Shown in pieces: positions 20,119-30,451 of a stretch of DNA of 64,000 nt. A program made the translations under genes and the position numbers. The DNA comes from Pseudomonas phage PhiPA3. Positions within the stretch are counted from its first letter, which is position 1, and the number at the start of each line of letters is the position of its first letter. Below the pieces are notes generated by a model, which saw only the letters and a program-made list of their open reading frames with translations, was not told where the DNA came from and did not search any database. The DNA is taken from the sequence record HQ630627.1, one strand, 5' to 3'.

Positions 20119-21279
20119 ATGCTACCTATTGGTGCGGCAATTGGCGGAGCCGCAGGTTCCGCCGCTGGCGGCCTCATGGCCACCGTATTTAACCTTGCTA
20201 AGAACGGCATGGAAGTAGGGTCCCTTGCTGACCTGGCTCGCCCGTGTCGTGTTGAGCCGCTGGCTATCATCGATAGTGCATTGGCTGATCAACCTTACAT
20301 GCAAGACCTGATGAAAATGGGTCTGTCGCAGTTCGCTGGTTATTACCTGCAAGCTGTGAACATGGTTCTCGGTGTTGGTAAGATCGACACCCTGAAAGTG
20401 TTCGATTCGCTGAACCCGTATCGTTCAGTCGGCGGCGGTATTGATGTCCGTCAAGCGGCCTTCTCGAAAGAAACTTACTTGGACGGTCTGCCGTCTCTGG
20501 AAAGCTTCAATGAGCGTATGCGTCCTGATACTATCGCGGAATACTCCATGGAGAAATTCCAAGCGGGTCGTGATGACGCTGATACCTCTAAGGATACCGA
20601 CGCTGGTAAGTCGATGAGTTCCGGTGATGGTGGTAAGATTTACGAGACTGAGAATCTGGCAGTGGGTAAACTGCTGAACGTGGAAATCAAAGACGGTGAC
20701 CAGAAAGCAAAGTTGCCTGTTCTGATTCGTCTAATCCCGGCTGCTGTTCCGTCTCAGACTCTGACTCATATCTTTACCGCAGGCGGTCGTGACTCTTGGG
20801 CTCACCGTTACTTCCTGGTGAAGACTGGTCAGCTGCGCTTCTGGCGTGATTTCATTATGGGTCAAGACATGATCGATGCGCATTTCCAAGCATTGATGAA
20901 AGACCAATCGGGTGTCTATAAGACCATTACCGATCGTCGTCGCAATAACATGTCTAAAGCTTTCCAAAGTGGTCGTGTATCCATGGCGGACGCTTCCAAC
21001 ATTGCTATCATCTCTGCTACAACCATGAAGCAGACCGCGAATGCACTGTATGCGAAGATGGATGATTTCAATGTCCGTCAGAAGATCTTTGACAACAGCT
21101 ATCTGCTGATGCTGATGGTTGTAGATGAGCGCTGGCAGCGTGTTACCGTTTACCATCGCGGTGTAGACCTCTCCTCCAGCTATCGTCTGGATGAAGTCAA
21201 GATGGCTGAGAAGTCGAAGGGTCAGGATATCACTGAGATCTTCAAGCTGTTCAGCAAACAAATGCAAACCAATATCTAA
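20119..21279 (+). CDS. hypothetical protein (Gly/Ala-rich N-terminus)
   Basis: RBS AAGGAAGAGAACAAATG; divergent from 19037 gene. Confidence 0.55.
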   Translation: MLPIGAAIGGAAGSAAGGLMATVFNLAKNGMEVGSLADLARPCRVEPLAIIDSALADQPYMQDLMKMGLSQFAGYYLQAVNMVLGVGKIDTLKVFDSLNPYRSVGGGIDVRQAAFSKETYLDGLPSLESFNERMRPDTIAEYSMEKFQAGRDDADTSKDTDAGKSMSSGDGGKIYETENLAVGKLLNVEIKDGDQKAKLPVLIRLIPAAVPSQTLTHIFTAGGRDSWAHRYFLVKTGQLRFWRDFIMGQDMIDAHFQALMKDQSGVYKTITDRRRNNMSKAFQSGRVSMADASNIAIISATTMKQTANALYAKMDDFNVRQKIFDNSYLLMLMVVDERWQRVTVYHRGVDLSSSYRLDEVKMAEKSKGQDITEIFKLFSKQMQTNI

Positions 21280-21294
21280 GTCAAGGACATCGCG

Positions 21295-22188
21295 ATGAGT
21301 CTTCTTACATATGTCCGCTCTCTCGCTCCTGTCATTGAACGTCGGGATCTGATGAACATCATCGACAATCTGGAACTGGAGTATGAAGATACCCTGGCTC
21401 CGATTCTGGCTGATGTGCGAGAAGCTTTTGGTGGTCGCCCTCTGAAGAGCATGTTGGCTCGACGCATGGATGTTGCCATGCGTCGCAACGTGAACTTCAG
21501 TGGTTCGGTGGTTGATGTCATTATCAACTCCCTGACCAATGTTAAATCAGCTTTTGAATTCCTGCGTCGTGAAACGCGTGCTCTGTTCAGTGTTCAGTTT
21601 ACTAACTCAAACCTGACCTTTGACCGAGCTAACCTACTTAAGTTCGTTGAAGCCCTGGCTTTCTACGTTCGTTACGGTCGTAAGTTCCTGCTCTACGTAG
21701 TGGGTCAAGAAGCTGCTACTGTCGGTAAGGCCACGATCTCTCGTTGGACCTCTGCTGAAAACGAATGGATTGAGTCTAACATGTCTCAATTCACCGCATT
21801 GTTCCCGACCATGAACCTGCCGGGTAGCGAACTCAAGTCTCGTATGTCTCGTGCATCTTCGGCTACCATTGACGACAGTACTTTCCAACTGGCTCAAGGT
21901 TTGGGCGCTGCTAAGACTGATCCGCTGAATCTGTCGGGCTTCTCTCCGCGTCAAAACCCCTTCCTGATCATCGGCAAGCTGATTGCCGAAATGCAGGCAG
22001 AGCGTTACAAGAACGCCAAGGAAGAATACTTCGGTCTGCAACTGCGTCTGCAAGAACTGCGCGAGCTAGCCGCTGGCGGTCAAGCTAATCCGCAACTGCA
22101 ACGTGAAATCGAAGCTTACGAACGCCGTGCTTCCAGCTATGAATTCGAGATCGCACAGATCGAAGAGAAAGCTGGCATTGCTAGTTAA
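21295..22188 (+). CDS. hypothetical protein
   Basis: 297-codon ORF, tight packing. Confidence 0.5.
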   Translation: MSLLTYVRSLAPVIERRDLMNIIDNLELEYEDTLAPILADVREAFGGRPLKSMLARRMDVAMRRNVNFSGSVVDVIINSLTNVKSAFEFLRRETRALFSVQFTNSNLTFDRANLLKFVEALAFYVRYGRKFLLYVVGQEAATVGKATISRWTSAENEWIESNMSQFTALFPTMNLPGSELKSRMSRASSATIDDSTFQLAQGLGAAKTDPLNLSGFSPRQNPFLIIGKLIAEMQAERYKNAKEEYFGLQLRLQELRELAAGGQANPQLQREIEAYERRASSYEFEIAQIEEKAGIAS

Positions 22189-22193
22189 GGAGA

Positions 22194-22736
22194 ATGGTCA
22201 TGGGTCAGCCTACTAATTCCGTGAAACCATTCGACGCTAATAAAGAGTACACAGGGGGGCAATACAAAGCCTCCCAGCGTTTCACAATGCGTCAAGGTGA
22301 TCCGCGTGTTCATGACTTGTTCGTGGAATACACCAATTTTCCACAGCGGACTGTTTATTGGGAATTCCGTAAACAAGTAATCGATCTGGCATTGGTTCTG
22401 TTTGGTGGTAACTATAATTGGTTCCTGCGTCAAGACCATAATGCCACTCTGACTGGGGTCAATTACGACTTCCTGCTCGATACTGTACGTTTCATTGCTA
22501 CTGGTAAGCGTCGTGTGAACCTGCATACCTGGCCAGCTCTGCTGACGTATGAACCCACGCAGCCTATCAACGTAGAAGAACGCCGCAATATTGCTGGTCT
22601 CTTCCATGAACTGAATCTCAGTCTGGACACCAAAGCGATTATCCAGAAATGGTGTACGCATAAAGGTGGTTTCGATGACCTCATGTACACCATGAATATG
22701 CTCTTTGGCACAGTACCTGAGAAAGTCAACAAGTAA
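22194..22736 (+). CDS. hypothetical protein
   Basis: RBS AAGGAGAATGG; ATG at 22200 also possible. Confidence 0.5.
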   Translation: MVMGQPTNSVKPFDANKEYTGGQYKASQRFTMRQGDPRVHDLFVEYTNFPQRTVYWEFRKQVIDLALVLFGGNYNWFLRQDHNATLTGVNYDFLLDTVRFIATGKRRVNLHTWPALLTYEPTQPINVEERRNIAGLFHELNLSLDTKAIIQKWCTHKGGFDDLMYTMNMLFGTVPEKVNK

Positions 22737-22746
22737 AGGAGGGTCC

Positions 22747-24063
22747 ATGGTTGACTCTATTGTTAACCAAACCCAACCTGAGCATCTCGACGGGGTAGAA
22801 CCCGTCGATTTGCCCGTCTCGCCCGAAGACCAAACTAAGTTGGAGTCAATTGACATTAGCTTAGAGGCATTTCATGCAGAATTGGATAGACTGGAGAAAC
22901 TAGATCACTTTATCCACAGTGATACGGGTAAACAGTCTCCAGAGATGCTGCGTTATGCCGTGGAGAAGTTCGGATTTGCGGACGCGATCTCGACGGAAGA
23001 CATTACCGATTCCGCCAAGCAGGTATGGGACCGCACTAAGTACAATTTAAAGCGATTCCAGAGCGATTTGTACGGTTACGCTAAGGTTCTCCAGAGTGGG
23101 AACGATCGCATCGTAGAGCGCATTTCTATGCTTTATGACACGGCCTCCAATATCAAGGATAAGCCGTATCAAGAAGAGATTGAAATTCGTAAGAACGCTA
23201 AGTTCGGTATTGACGGTAAGTTTGAACCGCATGACATTCGTCCAGTGATGATTCAAACGCAGAACCTTCTGGACTTCTATGATAAAGTCCTATTGCCGTA
23301 CATGGCCATGATCGATAAGATGATCAACAATTTATCGTTCGATGAAAAATGGACTGAAGACGCTACGATCGACTTTAGTATCTTCTACGCTAAGCGTTGG
23401 CTCAAGGGGGCACTCCCGGTTGAGAATGATCAACGCTTTCGTGTGAATGCTTCAGTGTTTCGGTCAGACTTGACTCAAGGCAATCGTTCTATTTACTTCT
23501 CGGGCCCTACTGAGGCGGAAACGGACAAGATCCAAGACTGGGCTTTTATGGTGAATACAATTCGGGATTTCCGATTTAAGTATTACACTGTACCGGAACA
23601 AAAGCCGGTTAACCCGGAAGACAACAAGATCGAAGTCCCTGCATCAAATCAGATCCGTCAACGTTTAGGTGTATTGATGGGCCTGGCCAAACGTCTACAA
23701 GCTCGGAAGGGTTATGACCAGAAGCTTTCTGCCGCATTACGTAAGCTGGAACAATCAGCTGATCGGGTACGCAGTAAAGCCGGTCAAATAAGGACCATGG
23801 ATAATAATGACCCTAACAGCCCAACTAATCGGCCAACCGAGGCAAAGAACGAAGCTCGCCCTGCCGTATCGAATGTAATCCATGATTTGACGATGATCCT
23901 GAACAACGTGACACGTATGATCACCGATTACAATAATGCCCTGGCTGGGATGATTCGCTTAATTAGTGGATTGGCATTCATTGCTGACCTGGAACTCAAG
24001 GCCTTCCAAGCACCTTTGCGAAAGCCTACTGAGGAAGAACAAAAGCGTCTCGCTCCAAGATGA
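22747..24063 (+). CDS. hypothetical protein
   Basis: track ORF 22705 trimmed to ATG 22747 (MVDSIVNQ) preceded by AAGGAGGG. Confidence 0.55.
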   Translation: MVDSIVNQTQPEHLDGVEPVDLPVSPEDQTKLESIDISLEAFHAELDRLEKLDHFIHSDTGKQSPEMLRYAVEKFGFADAISTEDITDSAKQVWDRTKYNLKRFQSDLYGYAKVLQSGNDRIVERISMLYDTASNIKDKPYQEEIEIRKNAKFGIDGKFEPHDIRPVMIQTQNLLDFYDKVLLPYMAMIDKMINNLSFDEKWTEDATIDFSIFYAKRWLKGALPVENDQRFRVNASVFRSDLTQGNRSIYFSGPTEAETDKIQDWAFMVNTIRDFRFKYYTVPEQKPVNPEDNKIEVPASNQIRQRLGVLMGLAKRLQARKGYDQKLSAALRKLEQSADRVRSKAGQIRTMDNNDPNSPTNRPTEAKNEARPAVSNVIHDLTMILNNVTRMITDYNNALAGMIRLISGLAFIADLELKAFQAPLRKPTEEEQKRLAPR

Positions 24064-24070
24064 CATAAAC

Positions 24071-24099
24071 GGGAACCGTATGGTTCCCTTTATGCTATG
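24071..24099 (+). terminator. hairpin GGGAACC-GTAT-GGTTCCC + TTTATGCTATG
   Basis: hairpin+TTATGC ~30 nt before next start. Confidence 0.55.
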
Positions 24100-24126
24100 T
24101 TATTCAGATACTCATGAGTACTAGAC

Positions 24127-25092
24127 ATGATTCATAACCTCGCATTCCACTTGGGCAACGAAGATTTCGCCGATGCTCATGAACCCCTGTTTGATGGCAC
24201 TGGCGAACCGCCAAGCATCGAAACTCAAAAGAACGACCAAGACTCAGTAGGTACAGGGGAAACTGCCCCAGCTGCCGAAAGTCCGGATACCCCGGAACAG
24301 AAACCCCAGCCGGAAGAAACTGCTGAAGCTGAAACCCCAGAAGACTCGGGTGAAGCTGAATCGGTTAAAGCCTCGGAACTGGAGCACGAGAAAGTAGAAG
24401 ACGTTGAGGCCGAAGAGAAACCTCTGGACGAATCTACTACAGCTCTGGAAAACTATATGCCAAAAGCAGTGCAGTCGGCTATCCTTGGTTTCTCCAAGCG
24501 TGAACGCACTGTACTGGGTAGCCATGTCAAGCGTATCCATCGCCTGGCTGGTACAAAACGCTCTGCTGACGAATCCATCTCTCTGGAATCTCTGGCTGAA
24601 GCTGTAGTCATCGGTAAAGCTCGTCTGATCGACCTGCGGGTACAGAAGGCCCATCATCGCTTTGCTGTATCCAACGAAGCTGTTGCTTCGGTACAAGCTC
24701 TGACCACGACTAAAGATCTCCCCAAACACCCTAAGGAGAATCAAGTATTCCATGTGAATGGTGTTGACTGGGTATTCTCTAAAGGCCAATGGGTAACTCG
24801 CCAAGGCATCTACGGTTTTGAAGACATTGATCCGACCTACTCGGTTCCGAAGACTGAGGCAGATTGCGACAATGCTCCTTTGGCACATGACATGATCCAG
24901 GGCGGTGAATTCGCTGAACCCGTTGATCAAGTTGAAGTGATCCCGGCTCTGGAAGCCTACGACCGTCTGCTAACTAAATACAAGCCTGCCCTGACTGAGC
25001 GTGCTTGTGGCGTAGTGGTAGCAGGTATTGAGCGCGCTGCAAAACTCAGCGGTATGAAAAGCGGCACTGTGTCCGTTGAGGCGTACCGTTAA
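24127..25092 (+). CDS. acidic head-internal (inner-body-like) protein, paralog family member
   Basis: acidic Pro/Glu-rich N-terminus; C-terminal VEVIPALEAYDRLLTKYKPALTERACGVVVAGIERAAKLSG matches the LEAY..LLK..G..G.S.QTAA motif of neighbours. Confidence 0.45.
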   Translation: MIHNLAFHLGNEDFADAHEPLFDGTGEPPSIETQKNDQDSVGTGETAPAAESPDTPEQKPQPEETAEAETPEDSGEAESVKASELEHEKVEDVEAEEKPLDESTTALENYMPKAVQSAILGFSKRERTVLGSHVKRIHRLAGTKRSADESISLESLAEAVVIGKARLIDLRVQKAHHRFAVSNEAVASVQALTTTKDLPKHPKENQVFHVNGVDWVFSKGQWVTRQGIYGFEDIDPTYSVPKTEADCDNAPLAHDMIQGGEFAEPVDQVEVIPALEAYDRLLTKYKPALTERACGVVVAGIERAAKLSGMKSGTVSVEAYR

Positions 25093-25097
25093 AATGA

Positions 25098-25126
25098 AGG
25101 GGGCTTCGGCTCCCTTTATGCTAACA
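25098..25126 (+). terminator. hairpin AGGGGGC-TTCG-GCTCCCT + TTTATGCTAAC
   Basis: hairpin+TTATGC. Confidence 0.55.
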
Positions 25127-25143
25127 CTAATCGAGAAACACCC

Positions 25144-26259
25144 ATGAGCAACTCAGCTTTCGTAGATAAAGCTTTTAAAGAAATTGATCGCTTGGAGCGC
25201 GCCCAAGCTGCCCTAGAGGGTTATTTGGATCTGATTAAGGAAGCAGGGCCCAGAGGTTTGTCGAAACAAGCAGCGGCGATTATGCACACCGGCCTTGAGC
25301 ACATCGACGTTACTTGCGGCTTGACAGTGCGGGCCACTGGTATGGAGTCGTATGACGCTACTCCTCGCTCGGCGATGGAGGCCGTAAACGTTGATACCAA
25401 AGCGATCGCTAACCGCGCTCGTGAAATTGGTGCCAAGATCCTGGAATGGATTAAGAAGATCTTCACTGCGGTACAGCATAAGTTTAACAAGCTGTCAAGT
25501 GGTGTAGCTGCAATGGAGAGTGAGTCCGGTAAAGTTACCGAAGCTCTCAAGGCTATTAAAGGTGACTTGCCTGATAAGATCAACCTGGCTAATAATCCGT
25601 GGATGTACCTGGACAAAGAGTTCGTTGGTTTTGAACTAACCGACGCTGAGGCCAACGTACTCAAAGAACTCAAGCAAGGTTTGGAAATCAGCTACAAGAA
25701 AATTGTAGAGCCGATCATTGCTGGGTTACGGGATCATGGCATTAGTCCCTTTGTAACCGATGTTATCAGAGACACCATGACACGTATTCAAATCCATAAT
25801 CCGCCTGCGGTCGAATTACCAGGTAACTTTAAATTCAGGCGCAATGGCTTCCGTTTCAAGATCAAGATGGATAACGATTTTGCGGACAGGGCAGCAGTCA
25901 GTGCATTGGTTGGCTCCACCGGGACGCATGATGTGGATGTTCCGTCGTTATCTGAACTTCGTAATCAGTGGGAACGTAAGATCGTTCCTCACATTCATGC
26001 CCTTGGTAATCCGCAAAGCTTTGGTCTGATTGAGAAGATCCGTGATGATCTGACTAAGGCATTGGTTGACGTTCGTAAACATAAGAACTTCGATGAAGAT
26101 CAGTTCAAGAAAATTCAGGCAGCCATATCTGAGTTTGTCAAGGAACTGAATCCCGATGATTACTTCACAGTAACTCGACAACTAGTTTTGTGCTTGCGAG
26201 CCAAATTCAAGGCATATCACGCCGTACTCAATGCAGTCAACAAAAGTGGCGAAGAGTAA
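25144..26259 (+). CDS. inner-body-like paralog
   Basis: LEGYLDLIKEAGPRGLSKQAAAIMHTGLEHID...MESYDATPRSA motif shared with 26327, 27676, 28895 genes. Confidence 0.5.
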   Translation: MSNSAFVDKAFKEIDRLERAQAALEGYLDLIKEAGPRGLSKQAAAIMHTGLEHIDVTCGLTVRATGMESYDATPRSAMEAVNVDTKAIANRAREIGAKILEWIKKIFTAVQHKFNKLSSGVAAMESESGKVTEALKAIKGDLPDKINLANNPWMYLDKEFVGFELTDAEANVLKELKQGLEISYKKIVEPIIAGLRDHGISPFVTDVIRDTMTRIQIHNPPAVELPGNFKFRRNGFRFKIKMDNDFADRAAVSALVGSTGTHDVDVPSLSELRNQWERKIVPHIHALGNPQSFGLIEKIRDDLTKALVDVRKHKNFDEDQFKKIQAAISEFVKELNPDDYFTVTRQLVLCLRAKFKAYHAVLNAVNKSGEE

Positions 26260-26267
26260 TCATAAAC

Positions 26268-26296
26268 GGGAACCTTCGGGTTCCCTTTATGCTATG
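26268..26296 (+). terminator. hairpin GGGAACC-TTCG-GGTTCCC + TTTATGCTATG
   Basis: near-identical to 24071 unit. Confidence 0.55.
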
Positions 26297-26326
26297 TTAA
26301 CATACACCTTGCAAGGGTTTAAACAA

Positions 26327-27607
26327 ATGGCACTTGAACAACAACCGCCGTGCAACGTCAATGACGAGCTGGCCGATACTATCATTGAACCCAATGATGA
26401 AATCATCGAAGACTCCAGCGATTTCGTGAATGTGGATCCTGAAGTAGAAGTACTGAACGATGAGGCTGAAGAACTTGCTTCGGTTAATGAAGCTCTGGAA
26501 GCTTATTCGGTACTTCTGAAGCAAGCCGGTGAGAAAGGCATTAACCGACAGACTGCTGCCATCATGGCAGTAGGTATGCGGAACATTGACCGTAAACTGG
26601 GTTTTGATAATCCTGGTTTTGGTTTGGAAGAATTTAACTCAGCTACGCCGCGTGATGGTCGTCAACAGGTAGTTATCTCCATTGAAGACATCAAAGAACG
26701 TGGTAAAGTGCTGTTTGAAAAACTTAAAGAGTTTTTCAACAAGCTCATGGCGGTGGCTAAACAGGTTTGGGAACGGGTTGCAGGTGCACGTGTTAAAACA
26801 GAACGTAAAGCACAATATCTGTTGACTGCTATTCCAAAATTCCCTGGATATCCTGGTGGTAAATTCCGTGGGGAAGTTCCACCTGTACCGGCTGGCGTCC
26901 GTTCTAATCTGCCGAATCTTGCCGATAACAGAAAAGAAGCTACAGACAAAGACAGTTTTGAAGTTGTGATCAATACCCCTGCGCCCGTGTTTGCAGATGG
27001 TAAAAATACCTACGATAACATCGATCGTGAAAAGCGATATATCAAACTGCTGTCTAATGGTCTTCCGCGGTTCTATCGTGATATCTTTGTAAAGGTTCGT
27101 GAAGTTATTCGTAGCGGTAATGACGATTCTGATCTGATGGTCTCCATTCTAGATTACGTTCATCGGGCTGCTGAACTCGTATTGAAGACTGGTCTGGCTG
27201 GCGAATCACTGCCGGGTAATCGGCAGTTAGTCTGGGATAAAGAAGCCCTGAGTTTTGCACTGGTAGAATCTGACGGGACTGTTCCAGAAAGCATTACTCT
27301 TGACCTGCGTCCGAATACCCGCCTTAAAGCACTGGCGAAAGATATTCACAGTTTCAGCGGTGAGCCATGGACAGCAGATCGTGAGAAAGCCATGAAAGAA
27401 GTTTCTGGTGATTATCAAGCCGTGGTTTCTGATCTCAACCGTGTCTTTGCAGATGATGTTGAACGTGCACAGAGACTGGCTGGGGCGATCATGACACTGA
27501 TGCAGAAAGTTTATAAGCCTGGGCTGTTTGCTAATGTTGAGGTCGCTGTCGTTCGCGCACTTTCCGCCAAGTTGGAAATTGTTGAAGCAGAACTTGCGAG
27601 CTACTAA
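26327..27607 (+). CDS. inner-body-like paralog
   Basis: track ORF 26231 trimmed to ATG 26327 (MALEQQPP) downstream of TTATGC box; LEAYSVLLKQAGEKGINRQTAAIMAVG...FNSATPR; C-terminal LSAKLEIVEAELASY. Confidence 0.5.
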   Translation: MALEQQPPCNVNDELADTIIEPNDEIIEDSSDFVNVDPEVEVLNDEAEELASVNEALEAYSVLLKQAGEKGINRQTAAIMAVGMRNIDRKLGFDNPGFGLEEFNSATPRDGRQQVVISIEDIKERGKVLFEKLKEFFNKLMAVAKQVWERVAGARVKTERKAQYLLTAIPKFPGYPGGKFRGEVPPVPAGVRSNLPNLADNRKEATDKDSFEVVINTPAPVFADGKNTYDNIDREKRYIKLLSNGLPRFYRDIFVKVREVIRSGNDDSDLMVSILDYVHRAAELVLKTGLAGESLPGNRQLVWDKEALSFALVESDGTVPESITLDLRPNTRLKALAKDIHSFSGEPWTADREKAMKEVSGDYQAVVSDLNRVFADDVERAQRLAGAIMTLMQKVYKPGLFANVEVAVVRALSAKLEIVEAELASY

Positions 27608-27614
27608 ACATATT

Positions 27615-27643
27615 GCCTCCCTTCGGGGAGGCTTTATGCCGTC
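27615..27643 (+). terminator. hairpin GCCTCCC-TTCG-GGGAGGC + TTTATGCCGTC
   Basis: hairpin+TTATGC. Confidence 0.55.
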
Positions 27644-27675
27644 AATCCTATGTTTAACACAATAGAGTCTTACTC

Positions 27676-28830
27676 ATGGATACTCGCCAAGACCCTCATA
27701 ACCGGCCAGATCTCAAGGATGCGCCGGACGAATTTGAACAACCAGATACGATCACTGATGACCATCTTGAACAGATCGACGAACTGGTTGCTATGCATCA
27801 TTCACTGGAGAACTATCTTAGCCACCTGGAAGCAGCTGGTCCTGATGGGTTATCTCGTCATGCAAAACGTGCCATGCAAATGGGGTTGAATCACATCGAC
27901 TCCAAACTTAATCGAATGACGTGTTCTCTGGAAGACAGTGAATCCACTGAAACCGATAACAGCAGTCTTGGTAACCGTATTAAAGAAATTGCTAAGCGGA
28001 TTTATCAGTTCATTCTAAAACTGATCGATCAAGCTAAGCAATATGCCAAGAAAGTTATTGGTGGTTCTGAACGCGTTAAGTCGAAAGCTGAAGAACTCCT
28101 GAAACAGATCCGTGATCGGACCAAACCAAAACCAGCTAATGAACTTCATAATGAAGCTTCTCATGTAACGGTCAATAGCCCAGGTATTTTGTTTGCAGAT
28201 GGTCATTTCTGTTTGGCTGAATGCCGTACTGAACAGGAAATTATTAAGTTCTTCCTACAAACGTATCCTCAATACACCAAAGACCAAATCAACAAACTCA
28301 CTAAGGCTGTCAAGTCTTACGATGTTGAATCAGGGGATGTTCGCGAATATGAGTCTATCAGTGAATTTGTAGGCAAGCATGTCAGTCTGGTAGCGAGTAT
28401 TGCAGACAAAATTCTACCCGGTAATAAGAAGGTCGAATTCAGGTATACCGCGTTAGGTCCATATTTGGGTGATGCAGATGCCAAAGATGCTCCAAGTGAA
28501 TATTCATTTGAAGCACGTCATCGGGCAGCTATCGAAGACACTTTGAAGCAAAACATTGCTACAATGAATGCCGTCGCTAAACTGTTAAAAGCTGAAGCTA
28601 GTATTCTGGATGAGATGCGTGAGCTTAGTCAACAGCTCATGGGTCTGCAAAATCGTCGTGGTGAAACAGTGTGGCGATCTGCACGGGAAGCACTGGATAA
28701 AGTCTGTACGGATAGCATGGAGCTGTTCCAGCGTATTCGTCCTGATTACGGCCCTATCTCCGCTCATCTAACTCGGATTGGGAAAGCGCGTAACGACGTC
28801 TGCGAGCTCGAACTGAAAGCACACCAGTAA
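27676..28830 (+). CDS. inner-body-like paralog
   Basis: LENYLSHLEAAGPDGLSRHAKRAMQMGLNHID; C-terminal CELELKAHQ. Confidence 0.5.
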   Translation: MDTRQDPHNRPDLKDAPDEFEQPDTITDDHLEQIDELVAMHHSLENYLSHLEAAGPDGLSRHAKRAMQMGLNHIDSKLNRMTCSLEDSESTETDNSSLGNRIKEIAKRIYQFILKLIDQAKQYAKKVIGGSERVKSKAEELLKQIRDRTKPKPANELHNEASHVTVNSPGILFADGHFCLAECRTEQEIIKFFLQTYPQYTKDQINKLTKAVKSYDVESGDVREYESISEFVGKHVSLVASIADKILPGNKKVEFRYTALGPYLGDADAKDAPSEYSFEARHRAAIEDTLKQNIATMNAVAKLLKAEASILDEMRELSQQLMGLQNRRGETVWRSAREALDKVCTDSMELFQRIRPDYGPISAHLTRIGKARNDVCELELKAHQ

Positions 28831-28894
28831 CCAATTCTATGGTTATTTACGAAGTCATCATCGCGCGATGATCTAACCTCTAGAGGAATTAATA

Positions 28895-30403
28895 ATGTCC
28901 AGTGCATTGCAACGCTACCTGAGTCAGGAAGAGTACGACGAAGCTCCCGTACCGACTGATGTGGTAGTTGAAGGCGGCGATTCTGCTATCGACGCCCAAG
29001 AAGTAGAAGTAATTGCCGGTCCGACGCCGGCAGTTGTAGAGGGAGCTATCGAGCCGACGCCGATCACTGAAGTTCTCCCCGAACCGACTCCGGCTCCACT
29101 ACCTGAAACACCTGCTGTTGTGACTAACACCGAAATGACCCCTGTTGCTGAAGTTACCACTGACATCCCTGCTGGGGCCGAACAAGAAGTCGATATCGCT
29201 GTCGATCAAGGTCTACCGCCGACTGGCGAAGAGATCCTCGACGTTGAAGCTGCTGTTGATAATGACAGTACTTTGCCGATGATGGACCACAGTCAGATTG
29301 AACAAACCATCATCGCCAACCAAGTTGACGATATGATCGAAGTTCAGCAATCGATGGAAGCTTATGCTGCTCTGCTGAAACAAACCGGTCTGGAAGGTAT
29401 CTCTCAGCAAACCGCAGCATTCCTGCGGGTGGGTCTGAAAGATGCTGAACGCAAATTGGGTGTTACGGGCCTGGTTGCCGGTCTGGAATCTTACGACGCT
29501 ACACCGCGCTCAGCTATTCAGAAAGCTACTGTATCCACAGAAGACCTGAAGGCATATGCCAAGCAGGCATTCGAGAAAGTGATGGAGCTTATCCGTAAAC
29601 TACTCGCTGCTATCGCCTCTGGTTTTGAAAGCCTTATGTCAGGTATTGTTGAAACTGAACACAAGCTTAATCTGCTGGAACAAGCAGCTGAGCAACTGCG
29701 TGGTAAAGAAGCACCGAATGCTGTTGTTCCACTGAATGATCCACTGTTGTTCGCCGGCACTAAGCTGAAATTCAAAGATACCAAATCTCTTTCGGGTCTG
29801 GCACATTTCAGTTCGTACGCCTATCCTGCCGCTGTGAAGAAATATTACGAAGGCCTGGGTACTCTGGTTAAGGGCTGGGATCCGATCAAGGGTAATGCCG
29901 ATGATCTGGTCGAGAAGCTGACTAGCGCCACCGCACCTCTGGACGATCTGTACAGCGATAATGAAATCCTGCCAGGTAATATGGTAATCGATATCGCTGC
30001 CGATGGCATTGTCTATGGCCTACGTAAAGATGAAACACAAGACGATCAGGTCAGTGGTAAGCTTACGGTTCGATCTGTTCCTGAGATCAAACAACACCTG
30101 AAGAAACTCTCGGACATCATCAAGATTAACAAAGCTGCTAAAGCGGAGCATGAGAAGATTGCTGAAGGTGCTAAGACCCTGACCGATGCAGGCAAAGCAC
30201 TGGAAGCAAAACTGGGTAGCGCTGAACTGGATCCGAGTTCCAAGGCTGAGATTCAGAAAGTACTTAACACTATCGCTGATCTGGTTCGTACTTCTAACCC
30301 GCGTAGCAAACAGATCACCCACTACGTCATCCGTGTAGTGAGTGCACATCTGAAAGTGATCAAAGCTGAACTGTCCAGCTACACCAAGAAAACTGGTGAA
30401 TAA
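28895..30403 (+). CDS. inner-body-like paralog with long acidic Pro/Thr/Glu-rich N-terminal propeptide-like region
   Basis: RBS AGAGGAATTAATAATG; MEAYAALLKQTGLEGISQQTAAFLRVG...LESYDATPRSA; C-terminal SAHLKVIKAELSSY. Confidence 0.5.
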   Translation: MSSALQRYLSQEEYDEAPVPTDVVVEGGDSAIDAQEVEVIAGPTPAVVEGAIEPTPITEVLPEPTPAPLPETPAVVTNTEMTPVAEVTTDIPAGAEQEVDIAVDQGLPPTGEEILDVEAAVDNDSTLPMMDHSQIEQTIIANQVDDMIEVQQSMEAYAALLKQTGLEGISQQTAAFLRVGLKDAERKLGVTGLVAGLESYDATPRSAIQKATVSTEDLKAYAKQAFEKVMELIRKLLAAIASGFESLMSGIVETEHKLNLLEQAAEQLRGKEAPNAVVPLNDPLLFAGTKLKFKDTKSLSGLAHFSSYAYPAAVKKYYEGLGTLVKGWDPIKGNADDLVEKLTSATAPLDDLYSDNEILPGNMVIDIAADGIVYGLRKDETQDDQVSGKLTVRSVPEIKQHLKKLSDIIKINKAAKAEHEKIAEGAKTLTDAGKALEAKLGSAELDPSSKAEIQKVLNTIADLVRTSNPRSKQITHYVIRVVSAHLKVIKAELSSYTKKTGE

Positions 30404-30411
30404 TCATAACG

Positions 30412-30444
30412 ACGGGGCTCTTCGGAGTCCCGTCTTATGCTAGG
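30412..30444 (+). terminator. hairpin ACGGGGCTC-TTCG-GAGTCCCGT + CTTATGCTAGG
   Basis: hairpin+TTATGC. Confidence 0.55.
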
Positions 30445-30451
30445 AGTTGTT